Positions 51,063 to 62,995 of a DNA stretch of 64,000 nucleotides are shown here, in pieces. The notes beneath the pieces were generated by a model, which saw nothing but the letters and a program-made list of their open reading frames with translations, was not told the DNA's origin and ran no database searches. Position numbers and translations under genes: made by a program. The DNA is from Macrostomum lignano. Its lineage: Eukaryota. The DNA lies in NCBI GenBank assembly GCA_002269645.1, contig NIVC01000025.1, forward strand, positions 124,001-188,000, given 5' to 3'. The stretch's first letter is position 1. Every line of letters begins with the position of its first letter.

Positions 51063-51995
51063 GACGCCAACTTAGCGCCGCAGTCTACATTTTAGGCGCC
51101 AATTTAGCGCCGCAGTCTACATTTTAGGCGCCAATTTAGCGCCGCAGTCTACATTTTAGGCGCCAATTTAGCGCCGCAGTCTACACTTAAGGCGCCAACT
51201 TAGCGCCGCAGTCTACATTTAAGGCGCCAATTTAGCGCCGCAGTCTACATTTAAGGCGCCAATTTAGCGCCAAATTCTACATTTTAGGCGCCAATTTAGC
51301 GCCGCAGTCTACATTTAGGGCGCCAATTTAGCGCCAAATTCTACTTTTAAGGCGCCAATTTAGCGCCGCAGTCTACATTTAAGGCGCCAAATTCTATATT
51401 TTAGGCGCCAATTTAGCGCCGTAGTCTACATTTAAGGCGCCAATTTAGCGCCGCAGTCTACATTTAAGGCGCCAAATTCTATATTTCAGGCGTCAATTTA
51501 GCGCCGCAGTCTACATTTAAGGCGCCAATTTAGCGCCGCAGTCTACATTTTAAGCGCCAATTTAGCGCCGCAGTCTACATTTTAGGCGCCAATTTAGCGC
51601 CGCAGTCTACACTTAAGGCGCCAACTTAGCGCCGCAGTCTACATTTAAGGCGCCAATTTAGCGCCGCAGTCTACATTTAAGGCGCCAATTTAGCGCCGCA
51701 GTCTACATTTTAGGCGCCAATTTAGTGCCGCAGTCTACATTTCAGGCGCCAATTTAGCGCCGTAGTCTACATTTAAGGCGCCAATTTAGCGCCGCAGTCT
51801 ACATTTCAGGCGCCAATTTAGCGCCGTAGTCTACATTTTAGGCGCCAATTTAGCGCCGTAGTCTACATTTTAGGCGCCAATTTAGCGCCGCAGTCTACAA
51901 CTCTACATTTTAGGCGCCAATTTAGCGCCGTAGTCTACATTTTAGGCGTCAATTTAGCGCCGCAGTTTACAACTCTACATTTTAGGTGCCAATTT
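51063..51995. repeat. 32-bp minisatellite (GGCGCCAATTTAGCGCCGCAGTCTACATTTTA)
   Basis: Direct reading. Confidence 0.95.
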
Positions 51996-52336
51996 AGCTT
52001 CGAGAGCCAACATAAAAATATTGTAATTGGATGGCATGGCAAAATACTACTTATAATAGTAACGCATCTAGTAAAACAAATCACTTTTACAAAATTGTCA
52101 TACGAGAAAAAAACAACCCAAAATATTCATTTAGCGGCCAAAAAGGAAAGCAAGGAAACAAAGGATGCCGAGAGGAAAGGATCTAATTTTTTCTTTTGAT
52201 TGCTTACTGTTTGCTTCTAGTAGACTGTAGATTATTTCGAGTATCTGTATTGTAACACCGACCACCGTTTGTTCGCTCGCAGTTGTTTACGCTGTGCATG
52301 TGCTTATAATAATGCAATAAAGTACTTCTATCTGCG

Positions 52337-55300
52337 TCACTTGTGGCCTGGATTCGGGTGCTGCGTTTGAGCTTCATGATGTTCAGGAGTCTTATCATGA
52401 TGTTCAGGTGTCTTGTCATGATGTTCAGGTGTCTTATCATGGTGTTCAGGAGTCTTATCATGATGTTCAGGAGTCTTATCATGATGTTCAGGAGTCTTAT
52501 CATGATGTTCAGGTGTCTTATCATGATGTTCAGGTGTCTTATCATGATGTTCAGGTGTCTTATCATGATGTTCAGGTGTCTTATCATGATGTTCAGGTGT
52601 CTTATCATGATGTTCAGATGTCTTATCATGATGTTCAGGTGTCTTATCATGATGTTCAGGTGTCTTATCATGATGTTCAGATGTCTTATCATGATGTTCA
52701 GGTGTCTTATCATGATGTTCAGGCTTCTTATCATCATGATGTTCAGGTGTCTTATCATGATGTTCAGATGTCTTGTCATCATGATGCTCATCATCCTTAT
52801 CATGCCGTCCACTGTCTCGGTGGTCGTCGTGCTCCCGACTGTCCCGGTCATCCCGGTCGCGGCGATCCCGTCTGTCCCGATCGCGCCCACCGAGCAGCTG
52901 CAAAATTTCGTACTTCTACTACTGACATGAAGCTGACATGCTACTGACATGAAGCTGACATGCTACTGACATGAAGCTGACATGCTACTGACATGAAGCT
53001 GACATGCTACTGACATGAAGCTGACATGCTACTGACATGAAGCTGACATGCTACTGACAGACAAGGAGGCCCTCTTTATTCAGTATCCAGCAACAGCATG
53101 GAACTATCTCTATAAAAAAGTTGCAGACAGCTCAATAGCATTTTGATTGACAGGCCCCACACCCAGACGCTTACGTCCTCATCGTCGTCCGGGTGCTCGC
53201 GATCGTAATCGTCCTCGAACTGCTTGAATTCGTCGTCCTTGTAGGGCGGCGCGTCGTCCTCTTCGGAGGTCTGGGTGAGCGCGAGGGAAGGAGGTATATA
53301 TAGGTTTGGGTGGCTCTTGAGTAGGCTGAAGACAAGAGTAAAAAAGGCCAAGAGGCCAAACGGACAAGAGGCCAAAGAAACAAGAGGCCAAAGGGACAAG
53401 AGGCCAAAAGGGACAAGAGGCCAAAGGGACAAGAGGCCAAAGGGCTAAGAGGCCAAAGGGACAAGAGGCCAAAGGGACAAGAGGCCAAAGGGACAAGAGG
53501 CCAAAAGGGACAAGAGGCCAAAAGGGCTAAGAGGCCAAAGGGACAAGAGGCCAAAGGGACAAGAGGCCAAAGGGACAAGAGGCCAAAGGGCTAAGAGGCC
53601 AAAGGGCTAATAGGCCAAAGGGCCAGGAGGCCAAAGGGCTAATAGGCCAAAGGGCCAGGAGGCCAAAGGGCTAATAGGCCAAAGGGCCAGGAGGCCAAAG
53701 GGCTAATAGGCCAAAGGGCCAGGAGGCCAAAGGGCCAAAAGGGCAAAGGGCCTAGAGGGAAGATTGAGCCAAGAGCCAAGAGACCAAAGGGACAAGAGGT
53801 CAAAGGAAAAGAGGCCAAAGGGCCAAGAGGCCAATATAAACCCCAAACCCACCTTCCAATCATCGTCCTTCTTGAAGTCGGGATTCTTAGTCCACCGCTC
53901 GAACTCGTCCCAGCTGATCATCATGTCCTTGTTGGTGTCGACCTTGTCCAGCACCTCCTGCCGCATCCGCTCCATCTCGTGCTGCTTCTCTAACGCATTT
54001 ACCGTAGTATCGTTAGTGCGATTGTAGGCCTTCTCCAGCTGTTGGCGGGGGTCAGTTTGATATGAAAAACTTGTATTATGGGGTCATTTAAGGTCAAGCA
54101 ATGATTTTCATAATCAACACACTACTGACACCTTTTTATGCATTTCTTCTAAATTCTAAAACTAAAAAATAAAATATTTGCTTTTTCATACCGCAGCACC
54201 TGCTAAAATATCAAAGCAAGTCTACAAATAGAAAGCAAGCTAAACTACCTTTAGTTGCCTTTAAAAAATTATCTAAATTGATTTTCTGCTACTATTAGTA
54301 ATGACTCACTTCAATTGAAGATGCACAATGAGACGAAAATTTATTGGAAGCAAAAATGGAAGATAGTTTCATTTATGGATTCTACATACATACTACTTAA
54401 CAAATCTAATAAGTAGTAAGTAGCACACGAACCTCTTTCAGGAATAGCGCTTCAATCTCGTTAACGTCCAAATGCCCGTCTCCATTGACGTCTAGAAATT
54501 GACAACAGAATCGAGATGCGTTTAACTGAGTCTTGATTGTACTATTGTCTACTAACAGTAGTCAAAAAACAGCTTGCAGAATCCAATGCTAACAAAGAAA
54601 AAACAAAGACTCAGCCGTTACCATGCAGTAGGAAAAATGTTTTCGGATTGAAAGAATCCTTGTCCATGTGGTCCTCATCAGCCCAGGCGTCCCGCAGCTG
54701 CTCACTGCTGCCCTGTTAGGGATATATTTGGCATTTTGAAGACGAAATCGGGCCAAAAGGAAAAAAAACAAAGGACTTTAGTTCAGTAGGAAAAAATAGC
54801 CTTTTGAAAAACACCTGCAAATTAAATTTGACATAGTAACAGCAGACACCGAAGTAATGCCTAGATTTTAGGTTTATTAATTGTAACCTTCTGATATTTC
54901 TACTGTTAGTAAAGCGGAATGGGATGTTTATTTATTTTTTGTCAGAATGTCGTGTTTTTTGATTGATCTCAGACTAAATCAGAAAGATATAGTAACTACA
55001 AAACCGAAAAGAATAAACAAAAGTAACAAGAAAAGTCGATCGAGATCAAACTAATCTCCCGGATTCCTGCAGGACTTAGTAGTTACCGTGCAAATTAAAA
55101 AATGTTTTCGCGTCGAATTCTTGACTAAGTCCGTCCTGATTGGTCCACAGGTCCATCAGCTGGGCTAGACTGCCCTGGACGCGTTATTTTATAACTTTAT
55201 ATTTCTATATTGATTTGCACTTTTGTAAAGTTTCAGAACTTTGGAGATTTCGAGAAACTGGGCCATGAGAGATGAAGTGCGACTATGGGTCAGCTAGGGT

Positions 55301-58300
55301 CATGAGGGGTGACTGTGGGTCAGCTAGGGTCATGAGGGATGACTGTGGGTCAGCTATAGTCATGAGGGATGACTGTGGGTCAGCTATAGTCATGAGGGGT
55401 GACTATGGGTCAGCTGGGGTCATGAGGGATGACTGTGGGTCAGCTAGGGTCATGAGGGATGACTGTGAGTCAGCTGGGGTCATGAGGGATGACTGTGGGT
55501 CAGCTAGGGTCATGAGGGATGACTGTGGGTCAGCTAGGTCATGAGGGGTGACTGCGGGTTAGCTAGGGTCATGAGGGATGACTGTGGGTCAGCTATAGTC
55601 ATGAGGGGTGACTGTGGGTCAGCTGGGGCCATGAGGGGTGACTGTGGGTCAGCTGGGGCCATGAGGGGTGACTGTGGGTCAGCTAGGGTCATGAGGGGTG
55701 ACTGTGGGTCAGCTAGGGTCATGAGGGGTGACTGTGGGTCAGCTAGGGTCATGAGAGATGACTGTGGGTCAGCTATAGTCATGAGGGATGACTGTGGGTC
55801 AGCTATAATCATGAGGGGTGACTGTGGGTCAGCTGGGGCCATGAGGGGTGACTGTGGGTCAGCTGGGGCCATGAGGGGTGACTGTGGGTCAGCTGGGGTC
55901 ATGAGGGGTGACTGTGGGTCAGCTGGGGTTATGAGGGGTGACTGTGGGTCAGTTAGGGTCATGAAAGACGGCAGTTTGTTGCTATAAATAGTAATTATTA
56001 TTTATTCAAAAAAATACTTCACAGAAACTTCACAGATAAAACCCACAGAATTGAAACACCCCAAGTTCCTAGTAACTGTTTCGAAAAGCAAGCTAAATTG
56101 CGCATTAACGCACCGGATGGTGAATCTTTTCATGTTGCTTGTGCTTCTTTTTCTCTTCTTGGTATTCCTTCTCGGCCGCCTCTCTGGCTTTGGTGTCGTT
56201 AATCTTGTGCAGCTTGCGCAGTCTCAGATGCTCCTTCATCATCTCGTACTGCTTGTATTGCTCCTGAATTGAAGAAGAATTGAAGAATAAGTAAGTTGTA
56301 GGAAACATTATTGACTTGTGTCTATGGACTGCTGAGCGCTTCTTAACGAATTATCCCTAATTGGTCACAGCAGCTTATTGTTAATTTCATTCTTCTCTTC
56401 CTCATTCCCCTATCTCTTTCCAATCATCCCAGTCTATTCCCAATCTTCCCATTTCTTTCTCATCCTCCCATCTCTTACTCATCCTCCAATCTATTCATCA
56501 TCCTCCCATCTCTTCCTCATCCTCTCATCTCTTCCTCATCCTCTCATCTTTTCCTCATCCTCAATTTCTTCCTCATCCTCCCATCTATTCCACAGACTCC
56601 CATCGATTCCTCCCATACCACAGCGCTCCCCAGCTCACCTGCTTGGCCTCGTCAACCCTGTGCATATCGGAGACCACCTGGTGGATCAACTTTTCCAAAT
56701 CGGACGCCTCAAACGAATGGGGATTCTCGTGATCCAAATGAGCCTTCTTAATGGTCTCCTGGTCCATGTTGAACACATCCGGATGGATTGGAACTCCCGC
56801 TTCGCGCATCGGATTTCCGGCGGCAGCTTTTTTAGCTTCTAACATTTTCTCCAACGCGTTGAGCCGGTCAACCTCGTTGCGCTTGATCTCGTCTAGGCGA
56901 GTGCGCACAGAGTGGTCGACGAACTCCAGCTGGCTAGCCAAATCTCCCGCCTGCACAGTGGGGAAAATTTGTAGGAACAAATAAGAAGCAAAATCCTACT
57001 GACACCATTATCTGCTTGTCCAATGTCTGCAAATTTTACTATCTAATCTCACACTAGTCTATCGCGGCGATCTGATGTGCCAGGGGCCCCCAAGGCTCGT
57101 TTCCAATTTAAGTGCAGTCACATTAATTTGGGTCTAAATTGGAATCTCCGCTTGGCTCTGCTCGTGCAATTAACGGCCTTGAGGGCCAACCCCCAAGGCA
57201 CAGTGAAGTGTACATGCCTAACAATTGATAAAGTTAGGGCCGCTGTACACTCCTGTGTGAGTGTGTGCCTGTGCGTATGACTGCGTACGTATCCGCGCGC
57301 TAATTGTGTGCCTGCTCAGGGGAGTCAGGCGGAATGGGCAGCAATGCCTCTCGCCGGTTGTGTGACAATGTCGCTTAAAGTGTGCCAGGGTGCAGACAGC
57401 CTCCTTTGCTTCTAAAATTATATTAAACACTATTCACGCTTTGTCAGAATGTTCCGGGTAAGCTTCCTAGAGTTTAGTGGTAACTACATTAAATTAATAA
57501 ACAATAACTGCAATTTCTATATAATAACCTATAACTATATTAGGGGCTTGACAGCCAGATAAAAGAGGCCGACCGGCCGACCCCACAGATACTAGAATAA
57601 CTAGGTGGGCCACTCAGCACATTTGCGTGTAAGCTACTTTCAGTTCAGTAGTAAGTTGAACAGAAGCATTTTAATGTATTTTTAAAACCAAAGGCATTTA
57701 TTGGCTCTTGATTCCCAGCTTAAACCCTCCAATCGCGCCTTTCCACACTACCCCCCGCCCCGTCCCAATTTTTATTGCCTTTTTCGGAATTCCAGCCTAA
57801 AGCTGTCATGTACATTTCAGTGGACTGGCTAATGTACATTATGGCTGAACCAATTAGCAAGTTGTTTATGCCTGCAAGCTTGTGCTTCTAAACTTATTAA
57901 AGTCATTTCAGCCACCTTTATTTTTTTAAAAAAAAAAGCTTATGTATTCTTCTTTGCTACTGAACTGAAAGTAGAAATCTGTTTTGCTTACTATATACGC
58001 CTGAGTGGCCCATCTAGTTATTTTCTAGATCTATCTGGTCTAATATCTAATATCTAGATCTATCTAGTCTATATAGTCACTCCTAAATCTATAAAAAACC
58101 AACCACCACCACAAAAAACGAATGGGTTATTAAAATAACCAAATCACTAAATAGTGCATTTAATAAGTTAATAACTAAAACAAGCGTATTAAGTAATTAA
58201 GCAATTAAGCTTCAAATCACGTTACTACAAGTAGTGTGAAACATGTAGTTTATGCAAATAAATCTGGCTAAGCTATGCCCTATGGGTGCACCACAACAAC

Positions 58301-59459
58301 ACAAACGGGCAACGTGGATTCAAGCGCACAGTAACATGCATTTTCAAAAATTGTCACCTCAGAAAGATTTTGAACTCGTTTAGCAAATTCCTTGTTTGAT
58401 TCCAGAATCTGTGACACCTCTCTCACATAGTTTGCATAGGGCAAATGGGACTGAAAGTGCGATAGTTATCAATTAAGCTTGTTAAAACTAATAATCAGGT
58501 GCAATTAGGTTATAAGCGGATAAGATAAATGCTTTATTTGTGCTGTTATTGTGTGTGAAAAAAACTAATCCTGAAAATTAAAGAAAATGACAAAACCTAT
58601 CATTAGGAAAAACAGCACCACGAATGCTAGAAAAAATTAAATAAATTAGATAAGAAACTCTTACAGGTAAAATCGCCAATTCTAACAAACTACAGTTTTT
58701 TAGACAAAAAAAACACATACACTCATCTTGTGAGTAGAATTCTTGAACTTTTCCCATTCAGACTTGAAATGCTTGTCCATGTGCAGGTGCGCCATAACCT
58801 CTTCGACATATTTTTTATAATCGTCAGGACTGTAGGCCTTCTGAAAACCAGCAATTTTGGCCCGCAATTTTTGCAAGCTTTTAGAATTACAAACTGCCAA
58901 ATGGCATCCTGCTGATTCTGGGTTAAAGTTGATGTGCGATAACACACAGAAAACCTACTAAGAATGACAAACTTTCTTAAAGAATGTTACTATATATAAT
59001 GCATACATGTAGTTTATGTTAGACACAATTTACTTGAAGCTCTGAAATAGAAAAAAGAGAAATATCTTCTAATAGAAGATACCATACTCGTAACTTATTT
59101 AATGTTTGAATGTTAAGCAATATAAACTATGATTTATGAAGGCATGGCAGTATGATCAATTATTTTTTACAATGTATTTGTCAGCTACTATAGATAGACC
59201 AGATACTAAAAGCCAAGAAGCATCCCAGAGTCACTGTTAGAATCACTGAGTTGCAAATGGGGAGTGTATAGAATCAATATGCAGATCAATCAATATGGAT
59301 TTAATAAAAAACACTGAATCTTACCAGCAAGTCATCAGCTGGTCCTGGCTTCTTTGCCACAACAGTGGGTGCAGGTTTTTTTACAACTGGGGGCGCAAAG
59401 CAGCCAGTCAGACAGCAAAATAGAATAGCAGCCAATGCAGCTCGATGACAGTGCATCAT
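52337..59459 (-). CDS. nucb: Nucleobindin (NUCB1/2-like, secreted/Golgi EF-hand Ca2+-binding protein); exons 59459-59325, 58840-58723, 58681-58665 (tentative), 58450-58358, 56950-56639, 56263-56114, 54712-54622, 54491-54433, 54038-53853, 53270-53175, 52897-52337
   Basis: Signal peptide MMHCHRAALAAILFCCLTGCFAPPV; LEFVDHSVRTRLDEIKR; HENPHSFEASDLEKLI; YKQYEMMKEH; HHP|GSSEQLRDAW; FNPKTFFLLH; EF-hands DVNGDGHLDVNE and DTNKDMMISWDE. Phases consistent. Use of the N-terminal small exons and of the last exon is less certain. Confidence 0.92.
52365..52790. repeat. 21-bp tandem repeat (CATGATGTTCAGGTGTCTTAT), probably coding (HHDKTPE)n in the nucleobindin last exon
   Basis: Direct reading; in frame with the acceptor at 52898-52899. 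Confidence 0.9.
52915..53060. repeat. 22-bp minisatellite (CTACTGACATGAAGCTGACATG)
   Basis: Direct reading. Confidence 0.93.
53345..53835. repeat. 16-bp minisatellite (GAGGCCAAAGGGACAA and variants)
   Basis: Direct reading. Confidence 0.92.
55265..55965. repeat. 30-bp minisatellite (ATGAGGGGTGACTGTGGGTCAGCTAGGGTC)
   Basis: Direct reading; 10-aa periodic ORFs. Confidence 0.95.
57071..57405 (+). mobile_element. tRNA-derived SINE, copy 3 (5'-truncated), nucleobindin intron
   Basis: Shares CACATTAATTTGGG...GCAATTAACGGCCTTGAGGGCCAACCCC...AAAGTTAGGGCCGCTGTACACTCCTGTGTGAG...GCCAGGGTGCA with the other two copies; A box missing. Confidence 0.85.
57586..58037. mobile_element. Degenerate MITE-like element with about 85-bp inverted repeats
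   Basis: AATAACTAGGTGGGCCACTCAG...CTACTTTCAGTTCAGTAG vs CTACTGAACTGAAAGTAG...CTGAGTGGCCCATCTAGTTATT. No TSD found. Confidence 0.6.
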
Positions 59460-62359
59460 TGCAATATTTGCTGGAAATCAATTAATTTTCAAATAAGAAG
59501 TCCTGTTTAAATGTAGATTTGAAAAGATTTGAAACTACATAGAATGTGTGTTGTGAAACAAGGGTGATCAGCCTGGAGAGGGGCTCTGCTGCTGGATATT
59601 GTAGGGGCCATACCCAGATTGGGGCTAGGACTCAGGGTATAGCAAAATAGCCTTATTGGATGCTACTAGCCCAAGCCTATGGGGACACTGCCAACCCAAC
59701 AGTGGAATCAGGAGAAAAGGTGCAAAGACTGATCCACCCAAGCCACCCACCAATGACAAAACCTAGGTGTGCACGCAAAAGATTGGAATAAATTATAATT
59801 TTTTTGAACTTTCATATTGGAGCAAGTCTGGGCAGCTTATTTACCAGGCCAAGTCTCCTATTAGGTAGGCAAAGCACAATTCTATAGGGCTGCAAGCCAC
59901 AAGGCTTTTACACTACTCAGCTCTAATGAGCCCAAGCCAAGGGGTTGGAGAGGAGCACCACAGAGCAAAGGGATACTGCACTTAGCCAGTATTTCCCAAT
60001 TTGGGACAAACTTTTCCCTAGGACCCAAATGTGTATTAAAGGCATATTGCCTCTTTTGCATATATCATATATCTCTAGCCAGGTTAGGCCTAACAATGAA
60101 AGAAAATTTAGTTTTTGTTTTTATTTGGTAAGTCGTAAAACTAAATTGTATAGCCCTGCATAATTTGGACAGGCTAATACACAGGACATATAATTATTTT
60201 CTAAAAAAATCAAAGTGCATTTTATTAAAGGCATATGCACTAAATACTATATTCCCCTTGTTGCACTTTGTAAATGACATGACAACCAGTGAGATTCACT
60301 ATTGCCAGTTGCCCTGCTTCTAATAAGTAGGCATGCAAGTGCACAAGTATATATATAGTCATGTGCAATATAAAGACACACATGAATATATATCATTACT
60401 AAAAAGTGCTATTTTTATCTATCTGCTTATTTTTTTCCTTTTTTTTCTTCTCTCATTTAGCTTATAGGAATAAGCTAAATGATTACTACCTAGCTCTAGA
60501 GATATCAAGGTTTGTTAGCCTCTATACTTTAAGGAAGTCAATATACCATGCACTAGAAAAAAATTGCAACACAGTCAGTATGGGACTTTTATTTCATTTA
60601 TGCATTTTTCTATGCCAAAACCTGTAAAACCATATAAAATATATATAAAAATTAAAAATGCAAATTAGATTAGCTAATAATTTTTTACTTTAGAACAAAT
60701 TTCTTCAAAAATTATATACCAATGAACTTAATATCATAGTTATGTACTAAGTGCATTAGAGACCTTTTGTAATGCAAATTAATTGAAAGAATAAAACATT
60801 TTGTTAAAAATATAATTTTTTCTTCAAATATAGCAGAGTATAATGTATACACTTCTCAATTATATTAAATGGGCTACTTAATCTTGCAAGCTACTTGACT
60901 CAGCTTTAAATACTTAAGTATTAAAAAAGGATATAAATTTCTTGATTTTGATATTTCTAAGTAATATAAAAGGGTCAACAATTTGATTTCATAGTATTAA
61001 GTTGAGAACTTATAGGTAGACCTATTATACAGATAACATATGTTATAAAGTTGGATATAGGAAATTTAATAATATTTAACTTTGGTAGAAAAATTTCATA
61101 GGCAGTTTTATAATTTATAAATATACTATGCACTGTATATGCTAAATTAAATAAAAGTAGTACAATTTTTTGACAACAATCTTTTTAATATATAATATTT
61201 TAAAGCAGTTGTTATTTCTTTGGTAACTAGAAAAATAGCAATTTAAGTTATTTGTCTAGTTATTAGATAGATAGCTATTTCATTATTTATCTAATAAACC
61301 ATAGTCAGGCCATAGTTAGGAAGGCAGTAGATTTTATCAAATTGGCCATTTCTCCGGCATACTTGGTATATTTGGTGCAAAAGGAAAAATGACAGCCTGC
61401 AACTTGGTGCAGTTGGCATATGGGATAGATTCCTTTGATAAGTAAATAATAATATAATCAAGCAGCCTTCATGACAGGCCTGTATATTTTTTGTATTTTC
61501 AGATATTTTGTTGTTACAATTATAGTAACTGAAATAACAATTGTTCATTTACCTAATGAAATTTTATGGAACTTTTACAAAAATCATTGTTTTTTATGAA
61601 CATTAAAGACTGCTGAAGGTTCAAATTCAAATTTTCATTTACTGTTTGCTATTTGCCATTTGATCTTATTGCTTAATCATCATTATTATATTGTTATAAA
61701 TAGCATTTTTAACTATTCTAAGTGCAAGTGCATGGCATAAGAAAAAAATTGCTTCAGTGCATGGTGCATTAGAAAAAAATGGGGGAAATTTATTTTAGTG
61801 CACATGGCGCATCTTCTTGACTATGGTAGTCACTAGTCAGGAAGGTGTCCTATATGCCAGAATTTTCTGGTATGCATTAGCCTTTTATTGTTTATTGGCA
61901 TATATATTTAGTATGCTTAAATCCTAAAAGTTGTATTTTTGCATATAAAGAGTGATATAAAAAGCCATTTAAAAAGGGAACCACTTAATTTAGTGAGGTT
62001 GGCTTGGCAACAAGCAATTTAGTGTAGAAGGGCTTATGTTTATTCCTAGAAAATTAGTTTGTTTCCACGAAATTAAATTCCCGCCAAAATAATAAGTACC
62101 GTATGATTTGTTTTAATTCGTAAATTTGTTTTACTGAATAATATTTTGTTTTAATGATGCGAATAATTTGTTTTAGCTATTCATTTGTTTTAATGTTAGA
62201 TACGTAAGCCAATGAAACAAGACTCTAACTAGTATAAATACAAGGCCAAAATAAAACGAAACCTCAACCTTTTGGGTTCCTAATCAGTTAACAGGAAATT
62301 AAGATTTCTTGGTTCTTCTGAATTAGTCCTTTGAAGCAGTATTGCAAACTAAGTTACCG

Positions 62360-62848
62360 TGTTGGATAGCAGAAAGTGTTTTGCCAGTACAGTGACAAGC
62401 AGGGATTGCTGATCAAAGAGGGTGGAATACCCAGTAAAGAGGGTGGAATACCCAGTGTAAAGAGGGTGGAATACCCAGTACAAGGGTGGAATACCCAGTG
62501 TAGAAAGGTTGGATTACCCAGGAAGGGAGAATTTTCAGGTTGCTCAGATAAGCGTGATGCAGTTCTAAGTCGTAAGAGACAGTACTAAAAGAAGCCGGAA
62601 ACCCCTCGGTCTGTGGTAAACGCCGTGTTTGGACTGGATAATTTTAGGAATTTAGCAGTAGTCAGCAGTGTCTTGCCGCTCGGGCACTGAAGCTACCAAG
62701 GGTAATTCGTAGCGACGATAGCCTATAACGTAAAAGTACATGTAAGTATAGAAATAGGATTCTTAGAAATAGCAAACTTAGCAGATTTAGTACAGTTCAG
62801 TGATTAAACTTTAGAATTAAAATAGAGAGAGCCAGAAGGCCTGCAACA
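62360..62848 (+). mobile_element. 5' LTR of a Ty3/Gypsy retrotransposon
   Basis: TGTTG at 62360 and CAACA at 62844-62848 (5-bp inverted termini), followed after ACT by a TGG-initiated PBS; an alternative end lies at 62900. Internal GGGTGGAATACCCAGT repeats. 3' LTR is outside the window. Confidence 0.75.
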
Positions 62849-62851
62849 ACT

Positions 62852-62914
62852 TGGTGACAAGTCGGTGGGATATTATAAACTAGCGAAGGGGCCTACAACA
62901 ACTTGGTGGCAGCG
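62852..62914 (+). other. Two tRNA-Leu-like primer-binding sites (62852-62871 and 62904-62914)
   Basis: TGGTGACAAGTCGGTGGGAT and TGGTGGCAGCG; the complement of the metazoan tRNA-Leu(AAG/TAG) 3' end is TGGTGGCAGCGGTGGGAT (recalled from known tRNA sequence, not from this genome). Confidence 0.65.
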
Positions 62915-62995
62915 TAAAGGATCGAGGAACCGGCGAGAATCTAGTATAGTGTTTTAAGTAGTTAAAAGTACATTTCAAAAGTACATTCGGATAGG

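Noticed and set aside
52204-52950. Alternative (IMIRHLN)n frame as the nucleobindin C-terminus
   Set aside because: Not in phase with the phase-0 donor at 53174 and the acceptor at 52898; the HHDKTPE frame is.
61291-61548. 85-aa minus-strand ORF in the AT-rich block
   Set aside because: No recognisable motif or splice context; length attainable by chance.
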